A stretch of 64,000 nucleotides of DNA. Source: a virus (Duplodnaviria; Caudoviricetes). This document shows, in pieces, positions 55,391 to 64,000 of the stretch (positions are counted from its first letter, which is position 1; each line of letters starts with the position of its first letter). The notes beneath the pieces are model-generated. The model saw nothing but the letters and a program-made list of their open reading frames with translations. It made no database searches and had not been told where the DNA came from. Position numbers and translations under genes: made by a program. The stretch lies in IMG/VR virus record IMGVR_UViG_3300028596_000001. One strand, 5' to 3'.

Positions 55391-55422
55391 CTACTCCTAC
55401 TCCCAAATGGGAGTAGGAGTAG
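55391..55422. terminator. 14-bp hairpin between convergent genes
   Basis: CTACTCCTACTCCC-AAAT-GGGAGTAGGAGTAG. Confidence 0.8.
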
Positions 55423-55436
55423 TAAGGGTTATTGTT

Positions 55437-56036
55437 TTAACTACGTTGGAAAAACATATCGTTCTGGAAAGACAGGGTTACTGGGTCCAGAAAGTTCCAC
55501 GGGGTAGGATCATTGTTCAACTCATAATCCTCCAACAGCTTGGCCAAAGTCACATCGGATTTCATATTGGCTACTGACGCCGGGATAATGCAGAACGCTA
55601 CACGATCTGGGTAATGCATGGCGACAAATTTGAAGCCTTGGGCTACCAGAGGATCTTCGAACACGAATCTCAAGGCAAGTGTTTCCCCGATATCGTTCTT
55701 AGCCTCGATAATCTCGATGGCATCGGCCAGCTTAGTACAAATACGCCCGTGGATATCGGAGTTGCATTCGTATTCCTCTTTGGGGAGGAACACACCGCAT
55801 TCCACGTTGATCTGCTCGATGACCTCTAGGAGATAATCGATACTGACATCGAATTGATGCTCTGGGTATTCTTGGATGCGTTCCTGATCGTCAAGCGTAT
55901 TCATCGCCCCAGGCTTCCCAGCTGCCAGGATGATCATGATAGCTTCGATGAGGATAAACCCCATGAACTCATCGCTGATATCGCTGTACAGCTCCTCCTT
56001 AGCCGCGTGATCCAGTCTGACGACGAAGTTGTGCAT
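55437..56036 (-). CDS. Hypothetical acidic protein (199 aa)
   Basis: AAGGA SD; accessory codon usage. Confidence 0.65.
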   Translation of the reverse strand: MHNFVVRLDHAAKEELYSDISDEFMGFILIEAIMIILAAGKPGAMNTLDDQERIQEYPEHQFDVSIDYLLEVIEQINVECGVFLPKEEYECNSDIHGRICTKLADAIEIIEAKNDIGETLALRFVFEDPLVAQGFKFVAMHYPDRVAFCIIPASVANMKSDVTLAKLLEDYELNNDPTPWNFLDPVTLSFQNDMFFQRS

Positions 56037-56042
56037 TTCCCA

Positions 56043-56447
56043 CTATCCTTCATCCAAATCGATGATCATCGAAAGCCCGACTGTAGTAATCGAGTTAATG
56101 CTGAACGTCTTACCCTTGTACGGAATGAGCGTCTTCAAAGCTTCCTGGAAGCCAGGACTCTGCTCATAGTTGGCAAACGATCCATACAGCTCTTGCGCCT
56201 CCATCTCGTAGAAACGCTGGATGTCTGCCGGTTTGGTCAGATGTGGTGGCGGGGTCAGGTAATACTCCACCAACTGACGGGCATTGTTCTCAAACGGGGT
56301 CGAGGTCATGATCGATCTGACCCGGCCGTCGAGCAACTTCTGAACCAGCCAGTAGTTATGGCATTCCTCAATCCCTGGGGTAGGGATAAAGAGTGTCCCG
56401 ACTTTAGGTTGCATGGCTGGGAAAACTGGTAGGGTTGCAGTACTCAT
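56043..56447 (-). CDS. Hypothetical protein (134 aa)
   Basis: ATGA overlap; GAGGT SD. Confidence 0.65.
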   Translation of the reverse strand: MSTATLPVFPAMQPKVGTLFIPTPGIEECHNYWLVQKLLDGRVRSIMTSTPFENNARQLVEYYLTPPPHLTKPADIQRFYEMEAQELYGSFANYEQSPGFQEALKTLIPYKGKTFSINSITTVGLSMIIDLDEG

Positions 56448-56938
56448 GCTGAGGTACCTCGTATGTGTAATACGATGACGTTGCCGTAGATGATAACATC
56501 CACTTCCCGCGAGTTCACCGACTCGTAGAGGAGGTTGATGTTCTCCTTGTTCAACTCAATGATTAGCTCAAAGAGTTGTGCTGTGGCCTCGTAATAGTTA
56601 TTGAATTGGCCGATGGGGTCTTGGATAAACCCCCGTGTTTCCTCCCATGTTAAAAAAGCACCGATATTGGTTTCACCATCAGAGTCATACAGGATCTCCT
56701 TTAGGGGATCGTAGTACCAAGAATCGTCCGTGGCTTCTTCAGGATCAGCGAAGTCCAACAAGAACTTCTCTAGCGCGACCGCAAGGGCTCTGGTCACAAT
56801 GTTGCTGTAAGTCCCGACTTCTGGGGCTTGCAGCACTAGGGAGTGGGTCTTTATTTCTTTTGTTTGTCGGCACATGGCGTCTAACTCTACGTTTCGAGCA
56901 CGATCGTCCCAACACCTGCGTTGATATAAAAAGCGCAT
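56444..56938 (-). CDS. Hypothetical acidic protein (start 56938 or 56875)
   Basis: Fills the gap after the helicase; start uncertain. Confidence 0.6.
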   Translation of the reverse strand: MRFLYQRRCWDDRARNVELDAMCRQTKEIKTHSLVLQAPEVGTYSNIVTRALAVALEKFLLDFADPEEATDDSWYYDPLKEILYDSDGETNIGAFLTWEETRGFIQDPIGQFNNYYEATAQLFELIIELNKENINLLYESVNSREVDVIIYGNVIVLHIRGTSA

Positions 56939-56965
56939 ACTACCGCCTTATGGAGCCACGCCGCC

Positions 56966-58498
56966 CTAAAGCAGCGCGAGGTCCGATTGGAGAGTTTTCC
57001 AGGTCTTCTGTTTAGCGGCGAAGGCCAACCTGCGTTTCTGCAGGCAATCTCCATGTTTGGGGATGTCCACACAAGCCGGGAAGATAAACCGTGGGGTAAT
57101 ACGTCCACCGAACTTACCGAGCAAATTGCGTAGTCGTCCGATCATCTGTTTATTACGTTGAATAGAGAACACAGTGTGAAAAGATATACAAGTAACCAAC
57201 CCAGGGATATCTTTACCCGTACCGCAACTACCAGGAGTCGTGATAAGGTTCTCGTGCTCCATGTACTTCTTCGGTGTCTTTTTATCCAACGTACCCAAGA
57301 ACGTGTCGAAGTCTTCGCCAGGGTATCGCTCCCTGAACTTGTCCCTCATTAATAGACACATCTCCACTAGCGTGAAGAAGAATATGCATTTGGTACCTTC
57401 CTCCTTCACGTCTAAGTAGAACATCCGGTACATTTCATCAGCCAGCTCGAAGTAGAAGTCTGTCAACTCCTTACTCTTGAGGATGGATTTCTCCAAGGCG
57501 ATGTCGTTGTAGCTACCGAACTGTTGGGTTTGAACTTTGAACTTACGTACGTTCATGCTGTACAGGTAAGCGATAATGTCGATGTAGTTCTCCGGGTCAG
57601 GTTCTTTAAGCCTGATCTTGATCGGAGCCACAGCGGCATACATCCGGTTAAGGAATGGATCGTCACCTTTAAGCGTAGCCGACAGCATGAAAGTCTTGTG
57701 CACGTTGCCGTACATCATCGACAGACACACTTCATGGAACGACTCGTGAGATTCGTCGATAATACGCAGCCCAGGGTTGATATTAGCGATGATCTCGTCG
57801 AGGCAAGGTAGATTACCGTCCTTGCGCCGAGCACGCATGTACGTGCTTATACGGGTCGTAGGGAGGATCACAATCTTCGGATTGAGTTTGCCTTCCTTTA
57901 TAAGCTCTCCCAAACGCGGGAGGTCAGTGAATTCCCAAACCAAGATATCCTTGGCATCCACATCAAACATCTCAGCCAGGTCTTTCTGCCAGATCGGGAT
58001 ATAACGAGGCTGGATAGTAATCAGTGCACGCTTGCCCAACTTCATCATCGCATACAGCGACATGTAAGTCTTACCACCACCGGTAGGAGCGGCGTTAACT
58101 TTCAGCGGCCCTGGAGCTAACTGATAGTTGATCCACTCATGTTGGTGCTCGCGAGGCGTGTCGAATTGCTTCTTGATCTTGAACTCTACATCAGCGCCAA
58201 AGATCTCTGGCTCTTCTTCTATCTTTACCCGGGCTTTGTTGAACCCGAATGTACCACATAACCGCAACAGATCGTCCAGTACGCTCCTTGGCATCCTGTA
58301 TTCAGTGCGATCGTTGTTAGTCCGTGCAAACACATGGGTTGGCACCCAGCGCTTCTTACGGCTGTTAGGGATGGCCTCCTGACCATACTTAGTTAGCTCC
58401 GCCTTACAGTACTTGCGGAGTAGGTTCTCGAAATCCATGTGGAAATCGAATATTCGGATGTAATTGTTTGCGAGACTGATCGTAGCAACAGAACGCAT
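56966..58498 (-). CDS. SF2 DExH helicase, UvsW-like (phiKZ gp75-like)
   Basis: APTGGGKT, IIDESHE, MLSAT, TPGSCGTGKDIP, QMIGRLR. Confidence 0.9.
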   Translation of the reverse strand: MRSVATISLANNYIRIFDFHMDFENLLRKYCKAELTKYGQEAIPNSRKKRWVPTHVFARTNNDRTEYRMPRSVLDDLLRLCGTFGFNKARVKIEEEPEIFGADVEFKIKKQFDTPREHQHEWINYQLAPGPLKVNAAPTGGGKTYMSLYAMMKLGKRALITIQPRYIPIWQKDLAEMFDVDAKDILVWEFTDLPRLGELIKEGKLNPKIVILPTTRISTYMRARRKDGNLPCLDEIIANINPGLRIIDESHESFHEVCLSMMYGNVHKTFMLSATLKGDDPFLNRMYAAVAPIKIRLKEPDPENYIDIIAYLYSMNVRKFKVQTQQFGSYNDIALEKSILKSKELTDFYFELADEMYRMFYLDVKEEGTKCIFFFTLVEMCLLMRDKFRERYPGEDFDTFLGTLDKKTPKKYMEHENLITTPGSCGTGKDIPGLVTCISFHTVFSIQRNKQMIGRLRNLLGKFGGRITPRFIFPACVDIPKHGDCLQKRRLAFAAKQKTWKTLQSDLALL

Positions 58499-58516
58499 CT
58501 AAGTACCTCTTTGAAA

Positions 58517-58547
58517 CCGTAAGGAAGGGGGTAACCCTCCCTTACGG
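58517..58547 (-). terminator. Intrinsic terminator after the nvRNAP beta/beta' genes
   Basis: On the minus strand CCGUAAGGGAGGG-UUACC-CCCUUCCUUACGG-UUUC; the plus-strand A/C mismatch becomes a G.U pair in the RNA. Confidence 0.75.
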
Positions 58548-58556
58548 GAGGTCCCC

Positions 58557-60569
58557 TTACGACACCGCGTGTTGGAAGAAGGTCTCCAGCGGACTTGGTT
58601 GACGATCCTTAACCAGGAAGGTTTTGATGTTGGACAGAACCCCTTGTTGGCCTTCTGCGATCATAAGACCGCCGGCCCCGCGATTCTTGACACACGTCAT
58701 AAAGTTCTCAAAGTACTTCTCACCACTACCCAACGCCAGCTTGTAGTTGAGCTCAGACGGCTTCTTACAGAGCAAACAAGCCAACATCGTCTCAGCGTGT
58801 ACGATGTTGATTCCTTTGGTCTCTTGGTTGATGAGAGTCCAGAACTCTCCCAACACTTCCCCGAAGATCTTCGGAGTAACCGGCTGTGCTTTCCAGGTGC
58901 TGTTGCGCTTGTTGAAGGTCATGAAGTTTTCTACGCGGCCACGATGCGCGTCCAGACTTTCACGGGTGAAGGGCAGTACGAAGATCGGATCTTTCCAGTT
59001 CCAATCCTTGAGATCCACGGCGATGTGTTTCTTGTCCAGGATTTCCCAGCCACGGTCCAGGATGTACTGCAAGAAGCCCAGGGAGAACCGCGAGTTACGC
59101 GAGGCCACCGACGTCTGTGCAGAATGCTGCTGGATAGTTTTACCGCCGATCATGATGTCTTCGATCTCGTACTGGAAAGTAACGTCGCTGAAGTACGACA
59201 ACTTATCCAGGCCGATTTCATCCAACACATCCAGAGAACGGAGGTCGGACAGATCGCGAACAATAGACGAGCGCAGGATCAACCGCGTACCCGGCACACA
59301 CAGTTCCGACTTGAGGAAGATCTCGTCGCCGTTGGAAGTGATGATGCCACGGTCTCGTGCAGCTGGCTCGAAACGACGAGTTACAGCGTTACGGATGAAG
59401 TGCTTGGTAGACAGCATCTTCTGACCGAGTGGGTTACAGATAGTAGTAGCAGCGAACATACCAACGTTGGCATCCCGACGCATGATTGCGTTGTACGGGA
59501 TACTACCTTTCATGGCGCCGAAACACTTGCCACACGGCATACCATCCACACCTGAGTTACAGAACCCAATAGTGCGGAAGGCGATGGTTTCGCCAGCTTT
59601 GATCTTGCGTACGGTTTTGTGGTCAATCAGTTCCAGCTGACCATCTTCCAACAGGCGATGCTTGCCCAGCATTGCCACGGCCATTTCAGTACTGGCGATT
59701 CGGATCTCTGCCAGATCATTCGAACCACAGTCATGGGTATGCAGGATACCCTGGATGACCGCTGTAGCCAAGTGAGTCTTCCGGTGGAACCATTCGGAGT
59801 CCTTCAAGCCACGGCCGTTAGAGATCAGCGACATCCCGGAGGATTTACCGTCACCCAGCACGTCCGTCTGGTTTACGATACCTTCCGCATAGTTGCTCAT
59901 GATCGGGTTAGGCAGAATGGTGTTAGGCAGGTCGAATACAGCACCCCGCACAATCGCCAGCTGGTAAGCCTGGTTGATACTAACCCCACCGGTACGGGCC
60001 ATCAGTGCCACGGTATTGGTGTTGAGGGACTCAGCGGTCTTGATGTACTCGCTGAACAGCTGTTCCCCATCGTCAATACTTACTTCGCAGCTCTGTACCT
60101 TATTACGGATATCAACGATACCTGGATCCAGCATGAGTTCGTCAACGCACTCTGCACGAGCAGAAAGAATCGAACGTTCACTCATTACAGTGATCATGTT
60201 GTTGAGCTTTGCTTGCCAGGCATGGATCAACCGTTTGACACTGTCCATCTCCAACGGGTCATCGACTTGTGGGCCGACGATACCCAGTACATAGTCCAGC
60301 GGGATCTTCAAGGTCTTGTCGTTGTAGACAATGTTCTTGTGCTTCTCATCCCGTGGGGAAGGGATCAGCTCGGAGACGTGGTACGGCACCTCCGGATACT
60401 GCCGGTGGATGATCATCCCCTGCCAGGTGAGCATCAGTGCGTACGTATCAGACAAAGCCACGTTGCCTTCGTCGTCAGTTACATCTACAGCTCTTCGATT
60501 GTTACGCCAACGCAACACATCCATTTCGGTAAGGTTGGCAAAGTCCCGGAGATTTACTTGCATGCCCAT
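58557..60569 (-). CDS. rpoC: Non-virion RNA polymerase beta' C-terminal subunit (phiKZ gp74-like)
   Basis: HDCGS, Zn site FCNS...PCGKCFG, trigger-loop PLGQKMLSTKHF; 1-nt coupling to the beta gene. Confidence 0.88.
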   Translation of the reverse strand: MGMQVNLRDFANLTEMDVLRWRNNRRAVDVTDDEGNVALSDTYALMLTWQGMIIHRQYPEVPYHVSELIPSPRDEKHKNIVYNDKTLKIPLDYVLGIVGPQVDDPLEMDSVKRLIHAWQAKLNNMITVMSERSILSARAECVDELMLDPGIVDIRNKVQSCEVSIDDGEQLFSEYIKTAESLNTNTVALMARTGGVSINQAYQLAIVRGAVFDLPNTILPNPIMSNYAEGIVNQTDVLGDGKSSGMSLISNGRGLKDSEWFHRKTHLATAVIQGILHTHDCGSNDLAEIRIASTEMAVAMLGKHRLLEDGQLELIDHKTVRKIKAGETIAFRTIGFCNSGVDGMPCGKCFGAMKGSIPYNAIMRRDANVGMFAATTICNPLGQKMLSTKHFIRNAVTRRFEPAARDRGIITSNGDEIFLKSELCVPGTRLILRSSIVRDLSDLRSLDVLDEIGLDKLSYFSDVTFQYEIEDIMIGGKTIQQHSAQTSVASRNSRFSLGFLQYILDRGWEILDKKHIAVDLKDWNWKDPIFVLPFTRESLDAHRGRVENFMTFNKRNSTWKAQPVTPKIFGEVLGEFWTLINQETKGINIVHAETMLACLLCKKPSELNYKLALGSGEKYFENFMTCVKNRGAGGLMIAEGQQGVLSNIKTFLVKDRQPSPLETFFQHAVS

Positions 60570-62788
60570 TACTTGTTATCTCCATCTTCAGCCTGTTCGT
60601 TCTGAATCATTTCGGCCAGAACGGCATCTTCATCCATACCCATCATCGCTGGATTGAACATACGAACTTCTTCAGTACGGTCAGTCGCCAGTTCTTGACG
60701 CAGGCCATAGCCAGAGTCAGATAGCATGCTTGCCGACATCTGTACCGCACCGTTGAGTGAATACTCTTCCGGCTTAACGATCTGATCGATATCGAACGGA
60801 TCCTCCGCACGGATAATCCGGCGGGTAACACGAGTCCGTAGTTCTGGTGAGTTCGCCAGGGCCAGGTTCTTATTGACCTCTTGTGCACCAGACTGACTGA
60901 TACTCAAGCGACCTTCAGTTTCACCTTTGTTACGGTTAGGCTTGTTCTGCAAGATGTCCGAGTACTTGTGTACATCGTTTGGCTTGGTCGGCATACCGAA
61001 TGGGTTAGCCAAAGGCAGCGATTGCGCAGACATGTCAGTGCCGAACTTGTCCAACAGCATCATGTGCTGGTGGGTGATCAGTACCGGGTTGTCGGACATT
61101 ACTTCTTCGCCCAAGGAGTCAGTGAAGATAACTCGCTCAGGTTTGTACGCGTAGACTTCACGCAATGCACGAATGATCGCTACACCGTACAGCTTGGTGT
61201 TACTTACCACATGCACACTGATCTGGGTCTTGGCTACGTGATCCACGTACTCGACGATGGTCGCCGGTTCGAAGATGGTTTCACGCACCATTTCACCAAA
61301 CTCTGGGAACCCGGTATCGAAGAACTTCAACAGTCTTGCGAATGCCTCTTCGTAATCACCAGCTTTGCGCAGCGCTACAACTTCACGATGCACATGCATG
61401 TTAATGAAGTTGATGCTCTGCTCCATGAGCATGGAGAAGATCTGCCGGCGGAATGCAGGAACGTTGTTGATGATCACATCTGCAACGGTACCGTCAGCAT
61501 AACGCGGGGCCATGTGTTGTGGGATGATCTTAACGATTACCCCTTTGTCACCGTTCATGCCGGTCATCTTGAACTTGACCTTGCCCGGGACCATTTCACG
61601 TAGAGTGATGGTCACGTTCCAGTCTTTCAGTTTGACGCGCTTGTTGCCACGGAACAGTGGGTTAACTTTACCCAAGCTACTTTTGGTATAGTTAGCAAAG
61701 GCCAGGCGGATGAAAGTATCCAGCTGGTTAGACAGTGGCAGGTCGTTACCGGCGTTAGCACTCAGACGAGTGTTGTACCAGCGGATAACGCTGTTCCACA
61801 TGTCATTCTGCCGACGCTCGTAGCGATCCATCTGCTTGGTATGGGTCTGCTCGATGTAATCAGTGGACCGGTTATTGCTACGGTCCTTCATGCGCTCACT
61901 GAGTACTTCCACCGCCATCACTTCCGAGTTGATCGGAGCGTAGAACAGGATGTCGTGGTTTAGGTCAGGGGTACGCAGGGCACGTTTGGTCAGGGTAGTA
62001 AGTGCAGTCTTGCTGTTGCGCTTACGGAAGCCCATGACGATACCGTCAGGACGAATACGTTCGCCCGACTCTGGCAGTACCTTTGGATCATCATCGGAGC
62101 CGTTCAGCATCAATGGAACGTAGTCTTCTTCGTTCCAGCTGAAGTTACGTACGTGCTTGAACATGCATTTAAGCTTTTCATAAGCACAGACGTCAGTAAT
62201 CGCGATACCGTCCTCCTCGTTATAGTGGAACGAGCCTGCACAGACTTTAAGGTCCATGCCGAACATCCACTCCCCGGTCTTACTGATCCGCGGACTATGC
62301 CCGAAGACAGTACCTTTAGGGAAACGAGCACCTTTGTCGATCTTGGCCATGATGGCTTGATCGTAAACATATTCAAAACCGATGTATGTGTTCTGGGTGT
62401 TGTACTTAGGCAGCTCCAGAATGTCATAAGCGTTCAGCTCATCGTTCTTAAAGAGCAGCCACATTGCACTCCACTTGTCAGTTACGTCACCGCCTACGTT
62501 CGGGCTATGCACGTAAAAGACTTCTTCAACGATCATGTTCGATGGTGCTTCAATACGACGGGCACCTTCCGCATACTGGTACTCTGGACCAGCAATGATT
62601 TTGCGTTCACTACGTCCTACGGTATCTACCGATTTAGGGATCATGTTGCCGACCATGTACATACGAGTCGGCGAAGAAATCCACGGGAACACTACCAGGT
62701 TCGAACACACGCCTTGCAAAGCAGGGTGCATTTCATTCTCGCGCCCCAGATATTGGTACTTAGGGTTATCGCTCAGGTTACCACTCAT
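60569..62788 (-). CDS. rpoB: Non-virion RNA polymerase beta C-terminal subunit (phiKZ gp71-73-like), uninterrupted
   Basis: RMYMVGNMIPK, YNEEDGI, KFKMTGMNGDKGVIVKI, GTVADVIIN, GETEGR; AGGAG SD. Confidence 0.92.
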   Translation of the reverse strand: MSGNLSDNPKYQYLGRENEMHPALQGVCSNLVVFPWISSPTRMYMVGNMIPKSVDTVGRSERKIIAGPEYQYAEGARRIEAPSNMIVEEVFYVHSPNVGGDVTDKWSAMWLLFKNDELNAYDILELPKYNTQNTYIGFEYVYDQAIMAKIDKGARFPKGTVFGHSPRISKTGEWMFGMDLKVCAGSFHYNEEDGIAITDVCAYEKLKCMFKHVRNFSWNEEDYVPLMLNGSDDDPKVLPESGERIRPDGIVMGFRKRNSKTALTTLTKRALRTPDLNHDILFYAPINSEVMAVEVLSERMKDRSNNRSTDYIEQTHTKQMDRYERRQNDMWNSVIRWYNTRLSANAGNDLPLSNQLDTFIRLAFANYTKSSLGKVNPLFRGNKRVKLKDWNVTITLREMVPGKVKFKMTGMNGDKGVIVKIIPQHMAPRYADGTVADVIINNVPAFRRQIFSMLMEQSINFINMHVHREVVALRKAGDYEEAFARLLKFFDTGFPEFGEMVRETIFEPATIVEYVDHVAKTQISVHVVSNTKLYGVAIIRALREVYAYKPERVIFTDSLGEEVMSDNPVLITHQHMMLLDKFGTDMSAQSLPLANPFGMPTKPNDVHKYSDILQNKPNRNKGETEGRLSISQSGAQEVNKNLALANSPELRTRVTRRIIRAEDPFDIDQIVKPEEYSLNGAVQMSASMLSDSGYGLRQELATDRTEEVRMFNPAMMGMDEDAVLAEMIQNEQAEDGDNK

Positions 62789-62824
62789 GCTATCTGACTC
62801 CTAATTACAACTGTCATCTAATTG

Positions 62825-62841
62825 ATGATATAGGTTTAAAA
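62825..62841 (-). promoter_or_regulatory. Putative phage early promoter motif TTTTAAACCTATATCAT
   Basis: 14/17 identity with 17733-17749; 36 nt before the nvRNAP beta ATG. Confidence 0.55.
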
Positions 62842-62872
62842 ATGTATACCCACATTAATAGAGGCGGTTACC

Positions 62873-63202
62873 ATGCCTATCGGTTCCCTGAACAGCAGTG
62901 CTAGTAAAGAGATTTTTTATACGCCTCGTTATAAAACGTTGGTAAGATCCTTAAAGGAAATCCTGCTCAAACAAGCGCAGGCTCTACCTATACCTAACCC
63001 CAATGACCGTTTTGCCTATCGTTATGATTTTTATCGGCTACTGCGAGAACTGGGTGTACAAAGTCACATGCATTGGACCATTGCTTTTATCAATGGCATC
63101 GAAGATCCGTTCAAAGATAACAGCTCCAAGGTCGAGATCTTCAACATTCCGGAAAGTATTGTACTTGCCGCTATATCCCGAAGTAATACACGACAAGGTT
63201 AA
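62873..63202 (+). CDS. Small protein with T4 gp53/LysM-like baseplate-wedge signature (phiKZ gp70 position)
   Basis: GAGG SD; HWTIAFINGIEDPF resembles the W.I...N.I.DP motif of gp53-like proteins. Confidence 0.6.
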   Translation: MPIGSLNSSASKEIFYTPRYKTLVRSLKEILLKQAQALPIPNPNDRFAYRYDFYRLLRELGVQSHMHWTIAFINGIEDPFKDNSSKVEIFNIPESIVLAAISRSNTRQG

Positions 63203-63215
63203 AAATAACTGAAAT

Positions 63216-63247
63216 CCAGTACTCCCGGCATTAGCCGGGAGTACTGG
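63216..63247. terminator. 14-bp hairpin between convergent genes
   Basis: CCAGTACTCCCGGC-ATTA-GCCGGGAGTACTGG. Confidence 0.8.
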
Positions 63248-63260
63248 TACAGTCACGCAA

Positions 63261-64000
63261 TTACCAAACGTACGAACCTGCTGCACCACTATCTTGTACT
63301 ACCGAGGTAGTACCGGAAGTAGTAGCCGGACCGGAGAAACCGCCACCCATTTGCAGGGCCATCATCATCTGCGGGTTCATGCCTTGCATTGCCAACAGAG
63401 CTGGGTTCATCATGCCCATGTTGGCCATACCTGGCATACCCATGCCGGCCATACCCATACCAGGAACTGGGATACCTGGGATACCGCCTACGGCAGCACC
63501 TGGGTTTTCAGTACGCATCATCATGGAACCCGACTTGGTGCAGTAGTAGATCACTGGCACGTTGGTCAGGGTGTTGATAGCGTGGTGGATAACCTGGTTG
63601 GCATTGTAGTCGATCTCGTAACGGATCCAACGGTCACCGGCCATCATTGCTGGTGGAGTGGTGTTGAAGCCGTTGATGACCGCGCCAGCAGTTTGCTGTT
63701 GGTTACCGTTGTTCTGGTTGACGTTATGCTGCTGCGGTTGAGTCACCGAAGAGTTAACCGAGAACATGCTACCCATGCCACTCATCATTTGACTGTGTTG
63801 AGCAGTCTCTTCTTGAGTGTTGTGGGTGTTGTAGTCCAACGCCGGGATCTGGTTGTAGATCTCTGGCAGACGCTCCAGGTCTTCAGTCCAGTTCAGATCG
63901 ATTGGGTAGATACCCAACTTATCGAAGTCGGCACGGAACAGGTTCTGGATACGGTTCAGCTGTTCGGCGATAGCCTCGAAGCAACCGCAGTACGAAACCA
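63261..64000 (-). CDS. 3' part of a gene entering from the right edge; probable PicA/Imp1-like nuclear import factor (phiKZ gp69 position)
   Basis: Frame is open to the window edge (VSYCGCFEAIAEQLNRIQNLFRADFDKLGIYPID...); two genes upstream of nvRNAP beta as gp69 is in phiKZ; low-complexity C-terminus. Assignment is by synteny only. Confidence 0.55.
   Translation of the reverse strand, partial: VSYCGCFEAIAEQLNRIQNLFRADFDKLGIYPIDLNWTEDLERLPEIYNQIPALDYNTHNTQEETAQHSQMMSGMGSMFSVNSSVTQPQQHNVNQNNGNQQQTAGAVINGFNTTPPAMMAGDRWIRYEIDYNANQVIHHAINTLTNVPVIYYCTKSGSMMMRTENPGAAVGGIPGIPVPGMGMAGMGMPGMANMGMMNPALLAMQGMNPQMMMALQMGGGFSGPATTSGTTSVVQDSGAAGSYVW

Noticed and set aside
60569-62788. Intron or intein in the RNAP, DnaB, PolB or helicase genes
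   Set aside because: All are continuous ORFs of expected size with no homing-endonuclease or splicing motifs, unlike the interrupted phiKZ gp71-73.
1-64000. Stop-codon reassignment, tRNA or rRNA genes
   Set aside because: Genes are intact under code 11 with all three stops in use; intergenic gaps are short and show no cloverleaf.

Overview
The window is core genome of a phiKZ-like, nucleus-forming jumbo myovirus (Chimalliviridae type), read mostly on the minus strand in the standard genetic code. It contains a lysis/Holliday-resolvase cluster (overlapping spanin pair, candidate holin, RuvC), baseplate and portal genes, the major capsid protein, DnaB and a long block of inner-body/ejection head proteins carrying G-x-E maturation sites. 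It also holds one half of the split family-B DNA polymerase, three non-virion RNA polymerase subunits, one virion RNA polymerase subunit, an SF2 helicase and, at the right edge, the 3' part of a probable nuclear-import factor. No tRNA, CRISPR array, intron or intein was seen. phiKZ gp numbers are assigned from motifs and remembered gene order, not from a database search. The strongest unexplained signal is an apparent programmed -1 ribosomal frameshift (T TTT TTT at 50625-50631) that fuses a 581-aa Cys-motif protein to the next ORF, as in lambda G/GT and P2 E/E' tail chaperones. Other leads are a two-TM holin candidate overlapping the Arg-rich RuvC tail, a family of long G/C hairpins with a shared upstream box, a shared promoter motif before the non-virion RNAP operons, back-to-back Shine-Dalgarno sites in one palindrome, a ~70-nt hairpin on the capsid stop codon, and a membrane HExxH protease in the head-protein block.
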